Part shown: piece after piece, positions 1 to 7,766 of the stretch
Position numbering within the stretch: position 1 is the stretch's first letter
Layout of the letters: the number at the start of each line of letters is the position of its first letter
Virus record (IMG/VR): IMGVR_UViG_3300045988_013715
Location: 1 to 37,484 of that record
Reading direction: 5' to 3' (one strand)
DNA: 37,484 bases
Origin: a virus
Notes under the pieces: model-generated
Told to the model about the DNA's origin: nothing
The model's database searches: none
The model's input: only the letters and a program-made list of their open reading frames with translations
Program-made: the position numbers and the translations under genes

Positions 1-80
1 AGATCGGCAGTTCCGGCGATGCCGCGCAGATCGGCAGTTCCGGCAGATACGCGCAGATCGGCAGTTCCGGCGATGCCGCA
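1..80 (+). repeat. 27-nt in-frame tandem repeat (about 3 units), continuation of the array at 37321..37484
   Basis: Units (c)agatcggcagttccggc + gatgccgcg or agatacgcg, encoding QIGSSGDAA / QIGSSGRYA. Confidence 0.9.
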
Positions 81-305
81 AGAATTGTGATCGAGAATGT
101 CCACGGTGTAGCGGCGGCTGTCGGCAAGCGTGGGAAGATCAAGGCTCCCGTTGGTACATGGTGTACGCTCGCCGAGTATGGCAAATGGGACGGAGAGGGA
201 TACCCCTGCATCTGCGTGAAATCATATCAGGTGGACGGCGAGATCATCAAAGCGGATGTGTTCTACACCCTCCGCAACGGTGAGATCGTAGAGGCGGAAG
301 AATGA
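3..305 (+). CDS. C-terminal part of the QIGSSG-repeat protein (5' end is at 36940..37484 across the circular junction)
   Basis: Frame is open from the window start. Repeat units are followed by RIVIENVHGVAAAVGKRGKIKAPVGTWCTLAEYGKWDGEGYP. Stop at 303..305 overlaps the next ATG. Confidence 0.8.
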   Translation: MGSSGDAAQIGSSGRYAQIGSSGDAARIVIENVHGVAAAVGKRGKIKAPVGTWCTLAEYGKWDGEGYPCICVKSYQVDGEIIKADVFYTLRNGEIVEAEE

Positions 306-736
306 ACCGAGAAGTAATGTTCAGTTTCGCCACTGACGAATGGGCGACGCCGCAGGAGTTCTTTGATGAGCTGAACGGCGAATTTCATTTTACTCTTGAC
401 CCGGCGGCGAACGAAGCAAACCACAAATGCGAGACGTTCTTCACAAAAGAACAAAACGGGCTCACTTGTCCGTGGGGAGGCCACACGGTGTTCTGCAATC
501 CACCTTACGGGCGCGAGATCGGAAAGTGGGTGCAGAAAGCGTGGGAGGAACACAAGACGAGCGGAAACACCGTCGTTATGCTGCTTCCGGCTCGGACGGA
601 TACACGATGGTTTCACGAGTTCATCTATGGCAAAGCCGAGATTCGTTTTGTTCGCGGGCGTCTGAAATTCGGAAACGCAACAAACAGCGCACCGTTTCCG
701 AGCATGGTTGTTGTTTGGGGAGGTGATACCCGATGA
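302..736 (+). CDS. Phage Dam-type DNA N6-adenine methyltransferase
   Basis: ATDEWATPQEFFDELNGEFHFTLDPAA and FCNPPYG (NPPY catalytic motif), about 144 aa, typical of the small phage N6A-methylase family. ATGA overlap with the upstream gene. Confidence 0.85.
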   Translation: MNREVMFSFATDEWATPQEFFDELNGEFHFTLDPAANEANHKCETFFTKEQNGLTCPWGGHTVFCNPPYGREIGKWVQKAWEEHKTSGNTVVMLLPARTDTRWFHEFIYGKAEIRFVRGRLKFGNATNSAPFPSMVVVWGGDTR

Positions 737-1167
737 TCTACATCGGCATAGACCCCGGCAAGAACGGCGCTCTTGCCATTCTGAACGGGGAGGAAGTCCA
801 GACGTTCCGGTACGACCGCGACACCTACCGATGTGTCCTATCCGATCTGCGCGGCGAAAAGGCGGTGTGCTGCTTGGAGCACGTCGGCGTGATGCCGAAG
901 AACGGAAGCGTGTCCATGTTCCACTTCGGGGAAAACTTCGGTTGGCTGCAGGGCACGTTGGAGGCGTTCGGCGTACCCTATGAGCTGGTCAAGCCGCAGA
1001 AGTGGAAGAAGGAATTTTCCGTCACGGCGGACAAGAACACGTCCATAGAGGTCTGCAAGCGGCTCTTTCCCGGCGTGAATCTCATCCCGCCGGGCTGCCG
1101 CAAGGAGCATGACGGAATGGCGGAATCTTTACTCATGGCGCTCTACGCCAAGCGGAGGCTCGGATGA
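733..1167 (+). CDS. RuvC-like Holliday junction resolvase
   Basis: N-terminal MIYIGIDPGKNGA (RuvC/RNase H-fold first acidic motif) and C-terminal HDGMAESLLMALYA. Size is about 144 aa. Confidence 0.7.
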   Translation: MIYIGIDPGKNGALAILNGEEVQTFRYDRDTYRCVLSDLRGEKAVCCLEHVGVMPKNGSVSMFHFGENFGWLQGTLEAFGVPYELVKPQKWKKEFSVTADKNTSIEVCKRLFPGVNLIPPGCRKEHDGMAESLLMALYAKRRLG

Positions 1168-1805
1168 AACGAATTGACCTGACCGGGCAGCGCTTCGGAC
1201 GCCTGACGGTCATACGATACGACCACTCCGAGCACGACGGCGCACACTGGCTCTGCAAATGCGATTGCGGAAACGAAAAGGTTGCCGCCGGGTATTCCCT
1301 GCGGAGCGGAAACACAAAATCCTGCGGCTGTCTGAACTCCGACGCTTCGCGGGCAAAGCTCGAAAAAGCAAGGGAAGCTCTGAAAGCAAGACCGAGAAAA
1401 GACCTGACAGGTCAGCGGTTCGGGCGGCTCGTCGTTCTCGGCCTTGCCGACGTGCCGGACAGGAAGGGATTCATTTTCTGGCGCGTCCGGTGCGACTGCG
1501 GAACGGAAAAAACGGTCATGCAGAACAACATCATTTACGGGCAGACGCGTTCCTGCGGCTGTCTCTCCAACGAAATGAGAGCGGCAAGAGCCGAACACAT
1601 GAGGCAGGGCAGAAAGCCGAAAAAAGCGCCTGTGGAAGTCAGGAAGCCGAAAAGCGAAAAAACGGCCCCTGTCCGAAAGGTTTACCCAACAAGAACCGCC
1701 GCAGAGTTTTTCCGCTTCTCAAAAGCGCACGGATGCAGCATGTGCGCGGATAGGAAGGACTGCGACATGACATTCTGCAAATACGAAAAGGAGCTGACAT
1801 TGTGA
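1164..1805 (+). CDS. Hypothetical protein with an internally duplicated FGRLTV/zinc-ribbon module
   Basis: Two copies of DLTGQRFGRL[TV]V...W.C.CDCG.EK.V...G.T.SCGC, then a basic Lys-rich tail and a Cys cluster. Confidence 0.7.
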   Translation: MKRIDLTGQRFGRLTVIRYDHSEHDGAHWLCKCDCGNEKVAAGYSLRSGNTKSCGCLNSDASRAKLEKAREALKARPRKDLTGQRFGRLVVLGLADVPDRKGFIFWRVRCDCGTEKTVMQNNIIYGQTRSCGCLSNEMRAARAEHMRQGRKPKKAPVEVRKPKSEKTAPVRKVYPTRTAAEFFRFSKAHGCSMCADRKDCDMTFCKYEKELTL

Positions 1806-1957
1806 ACGAAAAACAAGAAAAGAAACGCCGGTACAACCTACGCCTTGAGTACATCGCGCGTTTCAACAAGTGGCTGGACAACGAGCCGCCCCAGTGGCGC
1901 TTTATCCGCTGGCGCAAGTGGAAGAACAGCCGGCCAGTATGGGAGGACGCGGCATGA
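1802..1957 (+). CDS. Small basic Trp-rich hypothetical protein (51 aa)
   Basis: GTG start 8 nt after AAGGAG. Overlaps the upstream stop, and its own stop overlaps the next ATG (ATGA). Below the ORF-track size cut-off. Confidence 0.45.
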   Translation: MNEKQEKKRRYNLRLEYIARFNKWLDNEPPQWRFIRWRKWKNSRPVWEDAA

Positions 1958-2271
1958 CCTACGAAGAAGCAAAACGAATCCTTCACCCGGACACTACGCG
2001 GGAAGCGCTTGCCGAGATCGAGTTCTTAGGAGGTTTCAAAGGCAAGGAGAAATTGCAGGATGCGGTAGACGAGGCTTGCCTTATGGCGTGTGAGGCGCTG
2101 GACAAGCAGATGCCGGAGCCACCGGTTGTGTTAAACCAAAAAGGCTCTAAGCACTTTTACTGCGTGGATTGTGGCATGAGATTTGTGTCCGAAATTAACG
2201 GGGAGCTCTGCGCTGGGAGAAAAACCCGCTTCTGCCCTAATTGCGGACAGGCGATTGATTGGGAGGGCTGA
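1954..2271 (+). CDS. Zinc-ribbon hypothetical protein
   Basis: ATG 8 nt after GGGAGG. Contains CVDCG...CPNCG. The upstream part of track ORF 1870..2271 is Ala/Pro-rich read-through. Confidence 0.6.
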   Translation: MTYEEAKRILHPDTTREALAEIEFLGGFKGKEKLQDAVDEACLMACEALDKQMPEPPVVLNQKGSKHFYCVDCGMRFVSEINGELCAGRKTRFCPNCGQAIDWEG

Positions 2272-2273
2272 CA

Positions 2274-2498
2274 ATGGAGAAGATTAAACCTTGCCCGTTC
2301 TGCGGCGGAGGCCTGTACATAAGGGCGATTACATTCAGCGATACATGTTGTACAGCCGATGAAACAACGACTGAGTATGTCAAAAAATATCGCGCAATAT
2401 GCGACAATGTGCTCTGCTTATGCCACCCACAAACACGGCTTTTCTCTACGCCGGAAAAAGCAATCAAAGCATGGAATAGGAGAGTTGACAATGTCTGA
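2274..2498 (+). CDS. Lar-family restriction-alleviation-like protein
   Basis: KPCPFCGG near the N-terminus and AIKAWNRR near the C-terminus, the two signature motifs of Lar-type proteins. About 74 aa, with a GGGAGGG RBS. Confidence 0.65.
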   Translation: MEKIKPCPFCGGGLYIRAITFSDTCCTADETTTEYVKKYRAICDNVLCLCHPQTRLFSTPEKAIKAWNRRVDNV

Positions 2499-2721
2499 AT
2501 ACACGAAAATGAAAACAGCGCGGACGATCATCTGCGAATTATGCAACGAGCTCTATCCAGACGATCCTTGCGAATCGGCAGACTGTGACTGGCTGCGGAT
2601 GCTCGAAGAGGACGCGCTTTCCTGCGACAACTGCAAATGGCTCGGCAAGCGTCACCAGAAGTGCTCCTGCTGCCGGAGAAATTTTGGCATGAAAGACAAC
2701 TATGAGGGGAAAACGCCATGA
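2491..2721 (+). CDS. Cys-rich hypothetical protein
   Basis: ATG after AGGAGA. Contains CELC...C..ADC...CDNC...CSCC. Confidence 0.55.
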   Translation: MSEYTKMKTARTIICELCNELYPDDPCESADCDWLRMLEEDALSCDNCKWLGKRHQKCSCCRRNFGMKDNYEGKTP

Positions 2722-2885
2722 CACACAAAGACTTTTCAACGATTCAGCGCATGTTAGGCTTCATCGAGGGCGCTATATTTGGCCTCGACGAAAGCGTAAG
2801 CTGCGGCATTCTCGACGCTATTGAAGTTATCGACACAACGCTTGAAAAAGAAGTTCGGACGGATGGAGGCGATGACAATGACTGA
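2718..2885 (+). CDS. Small acidic hypothetical protein (55 aa)
   Basis: ATGA overlap with the upstream gene, GAGGGG RBS. Fills an otherwise non-coding gap. Confidence 0.45.
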   Translation: MTHKDFSTIQRMLGFIEGAIFGLDESVSCGILDAIEVIDTTLEKEVRTDGGDDND

Positions 2886-3087
2886 ATACATAAAGCGCGA
2901 GACGGTGATTAACCATCTGGACGCTTGCATGGATACGATTTGGAAGCCGGAAATTGTCGCATTGAAGTGCTTTGTTGAAGGGATTCCTGCTGAGAAAACC
3001 GCTTGTCACAACATAGCCCATGCGCTGTTCTGCATAGCCGATGCGTTATGGCTCGCGGTCATAAGCAAGATTTTGGGATGGTGGTAA
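2878..3087 (+). CDS. Hypothetical protein (MTEYIKRETV... family)
   Basis: ATG 8 nt after GGAGG (2865..2869). The N-terminus resembles the small phage proteins at 4653 and 4879. Confidence 0.55.
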   Translation: MTEYIKRETVINHLDACMDTIWKPEIVALKCFVEGIPAEKTACHNIAHALFCIADALWLAVISKILGWW

Positions 3088-3089
3088 AC

Positions 3090-3221
3090 ATGAACGACTG
3101 TGAATCCTGCATCAACTATCCGCCGAGCGCTGCGGACGGGAAGCCCTGTTGCTTCTGCGATTCGAGAGACCCGCTGCTGAATTGCTATCAGAGAAAGGAT
3201 GAACACAATGACGAACCGTGA
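3090..3221 (+). CDS. Small Cys-rich hypothetical protein (43 aa)
   Basis: MNDCESCINYPPSAADGKPCCFCD. The start is uncertain. Confidence 0.4.
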   Translation: MNDCESCINYPPSAADGKPCCFCDSRDPLLNCYQRKDEHNDEP

Positions 3222-3414
3222 GAAAATCGTGCGCGACCTTTGCAACTGCGATATATCCGCCTTGTTAGTCTATATTGCGCAGATGAAAGAATGCGTTTTC
3301 CCGGATAAGCTCAACTGCACCGTCTGCCCATTTTTCCACCTTTGCATGTTCGTAGAGTTTCCCGAGGAGGACATAAGAAAATGGCTCGAAAGCGAGGTAG
3401 AAACTGATGTATGA
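3208..3414 (+). CDS. Hypothetical Cys-containing protein
   Basis: ATG 9 nt after AAAGG. The alternative ATG at 3199 is too close to the RBS. Confidence 0.55.
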   Translation: MTNREKIVRDLCNCDISALLVYIAQMKECVFPDKLNCTVCPFFHLCMFVEFPEEDIRKWLESEVETDV

Positions 3415-3715
3415 AGAAAAAATCATCTGGCACGAGATCACAACACGCCCGTTGACAGAGGAAGAAAAAGCCGAGTACGCCGAGCGCGGGTACGCTGACT
3501 ATGAAATCCCGGAATATATATTTTCCTGCGAAATGCCGGATGACGGGCAGAATATTCTTATCGCCACAATCTTTGGAGTGTCGCAGGATATGTGCATGAG
3601 CGACCGCGACGAATACGGCGACAAACTGTTTGAGCTTGAAGAACATGGCGACTGGGACGGCGTGAAAGCATGGGCGGACATGCCGAAGTATAAAGGCGGT
3701 GACATCGATGCATAA
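3407..3715 (+). CDS. Hypothetical protein, DUF551-like
   Basis: IIWHEITTRPLTEEE...ILIAT...WADMPKY pattern resembles small phage DUF551 proteins. GAGGT RBS. Confidence 0.5.
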   Translation: MYEEKIIWHEITTRPLTEEEKAEYAERGYADYEIPEYIFSCEMPDDGQNILIATIFGVSQDMCMSDRDEYGDKLFELEEHGDWDGVKAWADMPKYKGGDIDA

Positions 3716-3772
3716 ACCATGCTACGGCAAATGCCATCGCTGTGTGTGGCGGTGGAATGGGGGGTGTTCGGA

Positions 3773-4666
3773 ATGGCAATGACGGATTTGGAGCAGACCG
3801 CAATGGAGCGTCTACGTCTTGCATCGCAAATGTCAATAAAACTGCACAAGAAGCCGTTGCTTTTGACAGACAGCGGCGGCAAAGATAGCGCAGTAATCTG
3901 CAAGCTTGCCGAAAATGCCGGAATCCCGTTTGAAATATGCCACTCCCATACGACTGCGGACGCGCCAGAAACAGTATATCACGTGCGAAAACGCGCCAAA
4001 GAGTACGAAGAAAAAGGCATCAAGTACACGATAATTCTTCCGACATATCAGGGGAAACGCACTTCGATGTGGGACTTGATACCGAAGAAACTCATTCCGC
4101 CGACGCGAATTGCACGATATTGCTGCGCGGTATTGAAAGAAACAGCAGGCAAAGACCGATTCGTCGTCACAGGTGTCCGGTGGGCAGAATCTACCAAAAG
4201 AGCAACAACCAGTGGGGCGCTGGAAGTGCAAAATTCTGACCGCAAGAAAAAACTAATCCTAAACAATGACAACGAGGAAGACCGACAGCTTTTTGAAAAT
4301 TGCCAGATGAAAGGCAAGCGTGTCTGCAATCCCATCATCGACTGGACGGATCGTGACGTGTGGGATTACCTTACCGATCAAAAGGTCGAAGTGAACCCGT
4401 TGTACAACGAGGGCTTCTGCCGCGTTGGTTGCGTAGGATGCCCAGTGGCTAGGAAAAATCGTTACGCCGAATTTGCTCGATATCCTGCATATCAAAGGAA
4501 TTACATACGAGCTTTCGAGCGAATGCTCGAAGCGCGAAAAGCCAGCGGGAAGGCTAACGATATGCGCTGGGGAACAGGAGAAGACGTGTTCCACTGGTGG
4601 ATGGAGGACGGCGTTCTTCCTGGACAAGCAAACATTTGGGAGGATTATGACAATGCGCTTGATTGA
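3773..4666 (+). CDS. PAPS reductase/PP-loop ATPase family protein (IbrA/DndC-like)
   Basis: PP-loop motif LLLTDSGGKDSAV, RIARYCC, NPIIDWTDRDVWDYL, and a C-terminal CRVGCVGCP cluster. Start chosen at MAMTDLEQ. Confidence 0.8.
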   Translation: MAMTDLEQTAMERLRLASQMSIKLHKKPLLLTDSGGKDSAVICKLAENAGIPFEICHSHTTADAPETVYHVRKRAKEYEEKGIKYTIILPTYQGKRTSMWDLIPKKLIPPTRIARYCCAVLKETAGKDRFVVTGVRWAESTKRATTSGALEVQNSDRKKKLILNNDNEEDRQLFENCQMKGKRVCNPIIDWTDRDVWDYLTDQKVEVNPLYNEGFCRVGCVGCPVARKNRYAEFARYPAYQRNYIRAFERMLEARKASGKANDMRWGTGEDVFHWWMEDGVLPGQANIWEDYDNALD

Positions 4667-4892
4667 CGCTGACGATCTGCTTGCTGAATACGACCGGCAG
4701 CACGAAGGAGAGCCGGGGAAAGCCCGAAAACTGATAGAGGATGCGCCCACCGTTGCCGCTGTTCCCGTGTCCAAAATCCTCGCCTTGCGCGACGCTCTCT
4801 ACGAAGCCGATGCTGTCACAATGCGAGGACTGCGCAATCTCAATATGCTGATCGCCAAATATGAAGGAGGAAAAGACCATGCGCTTGATTGA
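4653..4892 (+). CDS. Hypothetical protein, MRLIDAD family (paralogue 1)
   Basis: ATG 9 nt after GGGAGG. MRLIDADDLL...APTVAAVPV. Confidence 0.6.
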   Translation: MRLIDADDLLAEYDRQHEGEPGKARKLIEDAPTVAAVPVSKILALRDALYEADAVTMRGLRNLNMLIAKYEGGKDHALD

Positions 4893-5175
4893 CGCAGAAA
4901 GCCCGCAGAACGGAATATACGTTTCCGATCTCGTAATCGAGGAAATGAAAAAAATTCCGACAGTCGATATTGACCGCCCCACCCGCAGCCAGTTTAAGCG
5001 CATGGCGGTGCAGCTGGGGTATGAAAAGGTTGTGCATTGCAAGGACTGCAAACACCGAGACCCGGAAGACGAGCGGTGTGATTGTGGATGCTGGCACACA
5101 CCGTTCACAACAAACGATAATGATTTTTGTAGTTACGGAGAAAGGAAGAACAATGGCAGCGAAGATCGTGCGTGA
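4879..5175 (+). CDS. Hypothetical protein, MRLIDA N-terminus + CKDCKH...FCSYGERK module (paralogue 2)
   Basis: ATG 8 nt after GGAGG. The 17-nt atgcgcttgattgacgc is shared with 4653. Confidence 0.6.
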   Translation: MRLIDAESPQNGIYVSDLVIEEMKKIPTVDIDRPTRSQFKRMAVQLGYEKVVHCKDCKHRDPEDERCDCGCWHTPFTTNDNDFCSYGERKNNGSEDRA

Positions 5176-5434
5176 CAACTGCAAGGACTGCGCTTCCAGC
5201 TGCGAGCACGCCGGAAAAGACCGGGAGTTTGTTTGCGTAAAAGGCGCCTCCTGCAAAACCGTAAAGCCAAAGCTGGAGATGGTCGCTGTTGTGCGGTGCA
5301 AAGACTGCAAGCACAAAGACACATGGCAAGAATCAAAAATACGTGATTGGTTCTGGTGTGGCGTAAGTGGATTGCAGGTCGTTGAAGATATGGACTTTTG
5401 CAGCTACGGAGAAAGGAGAACCGATGAGCAGTAA
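5153..5434 (+). CDS. Cys-rich hypothetical protein with CKDCKH...FCSYGERR module (paralogue 3)
   Basis: The C-terminal half parallels that of 4879..5175. Confidence 0.55.
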   Translation: MAAKIVRDNCKDCASSCEHAGKDREFVCVKGASCKTVKPKLEMVAVVRCKDCKHKDTWQESKIRDWFWCGVSGLQVVEDMDFCSYGERRTDEQ

Positions 5435-5654
5435 ATCAAAACGCAAGCCGAAATACGTATCCATGCACAAGGCCGTGTCCATCGCCATGACGATCTTCGT
5501 CTGGGCGTGGATGTCCTGCTTCAATCCTACGCAGGAGGACGTGAACCGCATGTCCGACGAGGTGCGCAACATCCGCGAGAGCGTGAACAGCAAGAACCTC
5601 AACATCTGGGAAGTCAGAGACGCCATAAAGGACGAGTTCGGGTGGGAAACATGA
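5424..5654 (+). CDS. Hypothetical protein with one predicted TM helix
   Basis: AAGGAGA RBS. MSSKSKRKPKYV, then the hydrophobic stretch AVSIAMTIFVWAWMSCF. Confidence 0.55.
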   Translation: MSSKSKRKPKYVSMHKAVSIAMTIFVWAWMSCFNPTQEDVNRMSDEVRNIRESVNSKNLNIWEVRDAIKDEFGWET

Positions 5655-5893
5655 TGAACTGCCCGAACTGTGGAGCTCCGATCACCGGGAGCGTGTGCGA
5701 GTATTGCGGAACAAGACACGGGATTAGGGTCTTCGTTTCCGCGCCGCCCCCGCCGCAGATGCTCTGCGATACGCTCTTGCTTTCACGTCAAATGCAGCAA
5801 TGCAGCAGTACGGAATTTGAAAATCTGCAAACGAGGCTCGCAAGAGAGGCCGCGAACGCTTCGGAAATCCGCGCTTATAAATTCACACGATAA
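5651..5893 (+). CDS. Zinc-ribbon hypothetical protein
   Basis: MMNCPNCGAPITGSVCEYCG. ATGA overlap with the upstream gene. Confidence 0.55.
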   Translation: MMNCPNCGAPITGSVCEYCGTRHGIRVFVSAPPPPQMLCDTLLLSRQMQQCSSTEFENLQTRLAREAANASEIRAYKFTR

Positions 5894-5943
5894 AAAGAAA
5901 AACGCTGCACAGAGCGTTTAACATTGAATGACGAGGTGAGAAA

Positions 5944-6381
5944 GTGAACGAACTCTGGAAAATGAAATGCAAGGCCGACCTCTTCAACCTGCGGAAAAAC
6001 GAGGCGGCGATCCAGTCCATACCGGAGGAGATCGACATGGAGCGCGACCGCATGACATCCATCAAGAGCGCAGCCACGGGAACGGCCCCGGTGCAGGGCG
6101 GCGGCACATCGTACGAGGAACGTATGAACAACAGCATCTGCCTGATTGATTTGCTTTCCGACAATCTGCGTTTTGCAGAATCGGAAGTGCGCCTGACGAA
6201 GAAAGCCCTTGCCGCGCTGACAGAAGAGGAACGGCGAATCCTGGAAGTGCTGTACATCGACAAGCAGAGGGACGGCGTTGATCGGCTGAGCAATGAGTTG
6301 GGCTGCGATGAGCGAACGGTATGGCGCAAGGCGACACGAGCGCTTGAGGGGTACAATATTGCACGGCACGGAGGAAGGTAA
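5944..6381 (+). CDS. Sigma-70 region-4-like / ArpU-RinA-type late transcription regulator
   Basis: GTG 5 nt after GAGGTG. LTEEERRILEVLYIDKQRDGVDRLSNELGCDERTVWRKATRAL is an HTH of sigma region-4 type. Sits immediately upstream of the packaging genes. Confidence 0.6.
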   Translation: MNELWKMKCKADLFNLRKNEAAIQSIPEEIDMERDRMTSIKSAATGTAPVQGGGTSYEERMNNSICLIDLLSDNLRFAESEVRLTKKALAALTEEERRILEVLYIDKQRDGVDRLSNELGCDERTVWRKATRALEGYNIARHGGR

Positions 6382-6399
6382 ATTGTCAGTATTCTGTCA

Positions 6400-6428
6400 G
6401 TGACATTCCGGAAAACCCGTGATATAAT
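6400..6428 (+). promoter_or_regulatory. Strong sigma-A-type promoter (GTGACA - 17 nt - TGaTATAAT)
   Basis: -35 at 6400..6405, a consensus TATAAT -10 at 6423..6428 with an extended TG at 6420..6421, and an exact 17-nt spacer. Confidence 0.6.
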
Positions 6429-6438
6429 GTTAATAAGC

Positions 6439-6495
6439 AAAGCCACGCAGAGACGCCGGACGATCACCGAGCGCCAAAGCGTGGCTTTTTATTTT
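6439..6495 (+). terminator. Intrinsic terminator-like hairpin directly downstream of the promoter
   Basis: Perfect 10-bp stem aaagccacgc (6439..6448) / gcgtggcttt (6479..6488) with a 30-nt loop, followed by TTTTTATTTT. Confidence 0.5.
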
Positions 6496-6546
6496 GGGCG
6501 AAGCCGAAAGGCGGGAAAGCCGTACGCAGCGGAGGGGGCGGCGGAG

Positions 6547-7671
6547 ATGGAGAAGATTATGGACGTTAAGAATATTCCAATCAAGGAAATCGTGCCGTAT
6601 GCGCGAAACGCGAAGAAGCACGATAAACGGCAGATCGACAACGTGGCGGAGAGCATCCGGCAATACGGATTTGTCCAGCCTGTAGTAATCGACCGCGACG
6701 GCGTGATCGTCATCGGGCATTGCCGCGTTCTGGCGGCGAAGAAGTTGGGAATGGAAGCCGTTCCGTGCGTCTGTGTAGACGATCTAACGCCGGAACAGGT
6801 CAACGCCCTGCGCCTCGTTGACAATAAGACCAACGAGAGCGATTGGGACATGGATCTTCTGTCGATGGAGCTGCCGGAGATCGACCTGTCCGCGTTTGAT
6901 TTTGACTGGGGATTGCCAGAAATCACAGAAGAAGTTATTGAGGACGAAGCACCCGAAGTTGACGAGGATGCAGAGCCGATTACAAAGCTGGGCGATATTT
7001 GGAAGTTGGGAAGACATAGGCTGATGTGCGGGGATAGCACCGATAAAGAGACGGTGCAAGCATTGATAGACGGTGCAAGCATTGATATGGTTTTTACAGA
7101 CCCTCCGTACAATGTTGCATTTAATGGAAGAAGTGGAAAGTTTGATGTTATCGAAAATGACGATTTGGCAGATGATGACTTTGAAAACTTTATTTCTGCT
7201 GTTTGTGATGTAATTAAGTTTATTGCACCGAAGCACTATTATGTGTGGTGCAACTGGAAGTTCTATGCAACACTTCAAACAAAGTTAGATTTTAAGTCTT
7301 GTATTGTTTGGGCAAAGAATGTGTTTGGGCTTGGGAAGGGATACAGACATCAACACGAATTTTGCTTATTTAATGGCGAGATTGACGATAGCGTTAAAAA
7401 CGAGAGCGATTTGTGGGAAATTGCGAAGGACACAAACTATGTGCATCCAACACAAAAACCCGTTGCACTTATTGGCAGGGCGCTGAAAAACCATAAGGGA
7501 GTAAAAACCGTGCTTGACTTGTTTGGTGGTAGTGGATCTTCTTTGATAGGTTGCGAACAGTTAGACCGCACTTGCTATATGATGGAACTCGACCCGAAGT
7601 ATTGCGATGTCATTATCAAACGATGGGAAAAATTCACTGGCGAAAAGGCGGTGCTTTTGAGTGACGATTGA
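6547..7671 (+). CDS. ParB-like nuclease domain fused to a DNA methyltransferase (N6A/N4C, DPPY type)
   Basis: N-terminus: IPIKEIVPYARNAKKHDKRQIDNVAESIRQYGFVQPVVID...GHCRVLAAKKLG (ParB/Srx fold). C-terminus: RLMCGDS, FTDPPYN, HPTQKPVAL, DLFGGSGSS. ATG after GGAGGGGG. Confidence 0.85.
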   Translation: MEKIMDVKNIPIKEIVPYARNAKKHDKRQIDNVAESIRQYGFVQPVVIDRDGVIVIGHCRVLAAKKLGMEAVPCVCVDDLTPEQVNALRLVDNKTNESDWDMDLLSMELPEIDLSAFDFDWGLPEITEEVIEDEAPEVDEDAEPITKLGDIWKLGRHRLMCGDSTDKETVQALIDGASIDMVFTDPPYNVAFNGRSGKFDVIENDDLADDDFENFISAVCDVIKFIAPKHYYVWCNWKFYATLQTKLDFKSCIVWAKNVFGLGKGYRHQHEFCLFNGEIDDSVKNESDLWEIAKDTNYVHPTQKPVALIGRALKNHKGVKTVLDLFGGSGSSLIGCEQLDRTCYMMELDPKYCDVIIKRWEKFTGEKAVLLSDD

Positions 7672-7766
7672 AGAAGCGAAAGCAATCATAGCGAAAACGA
7701 ACAGCCCGTATCTAAAACGGGACATGCAGAAATTCATTCGGCGCCAGCGAAGAAAGGGTGGCGATT

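Noticed and set aside
5900-5919. Hairpin aaacgct-gcacag-agcgttt after the last early gene, as a terminator
   Set aside because: The stem is only 7 bp and no T run follows (aacattg). It is too weak to call as an intrinsic terminator, though it may still mark the early/late boundary.
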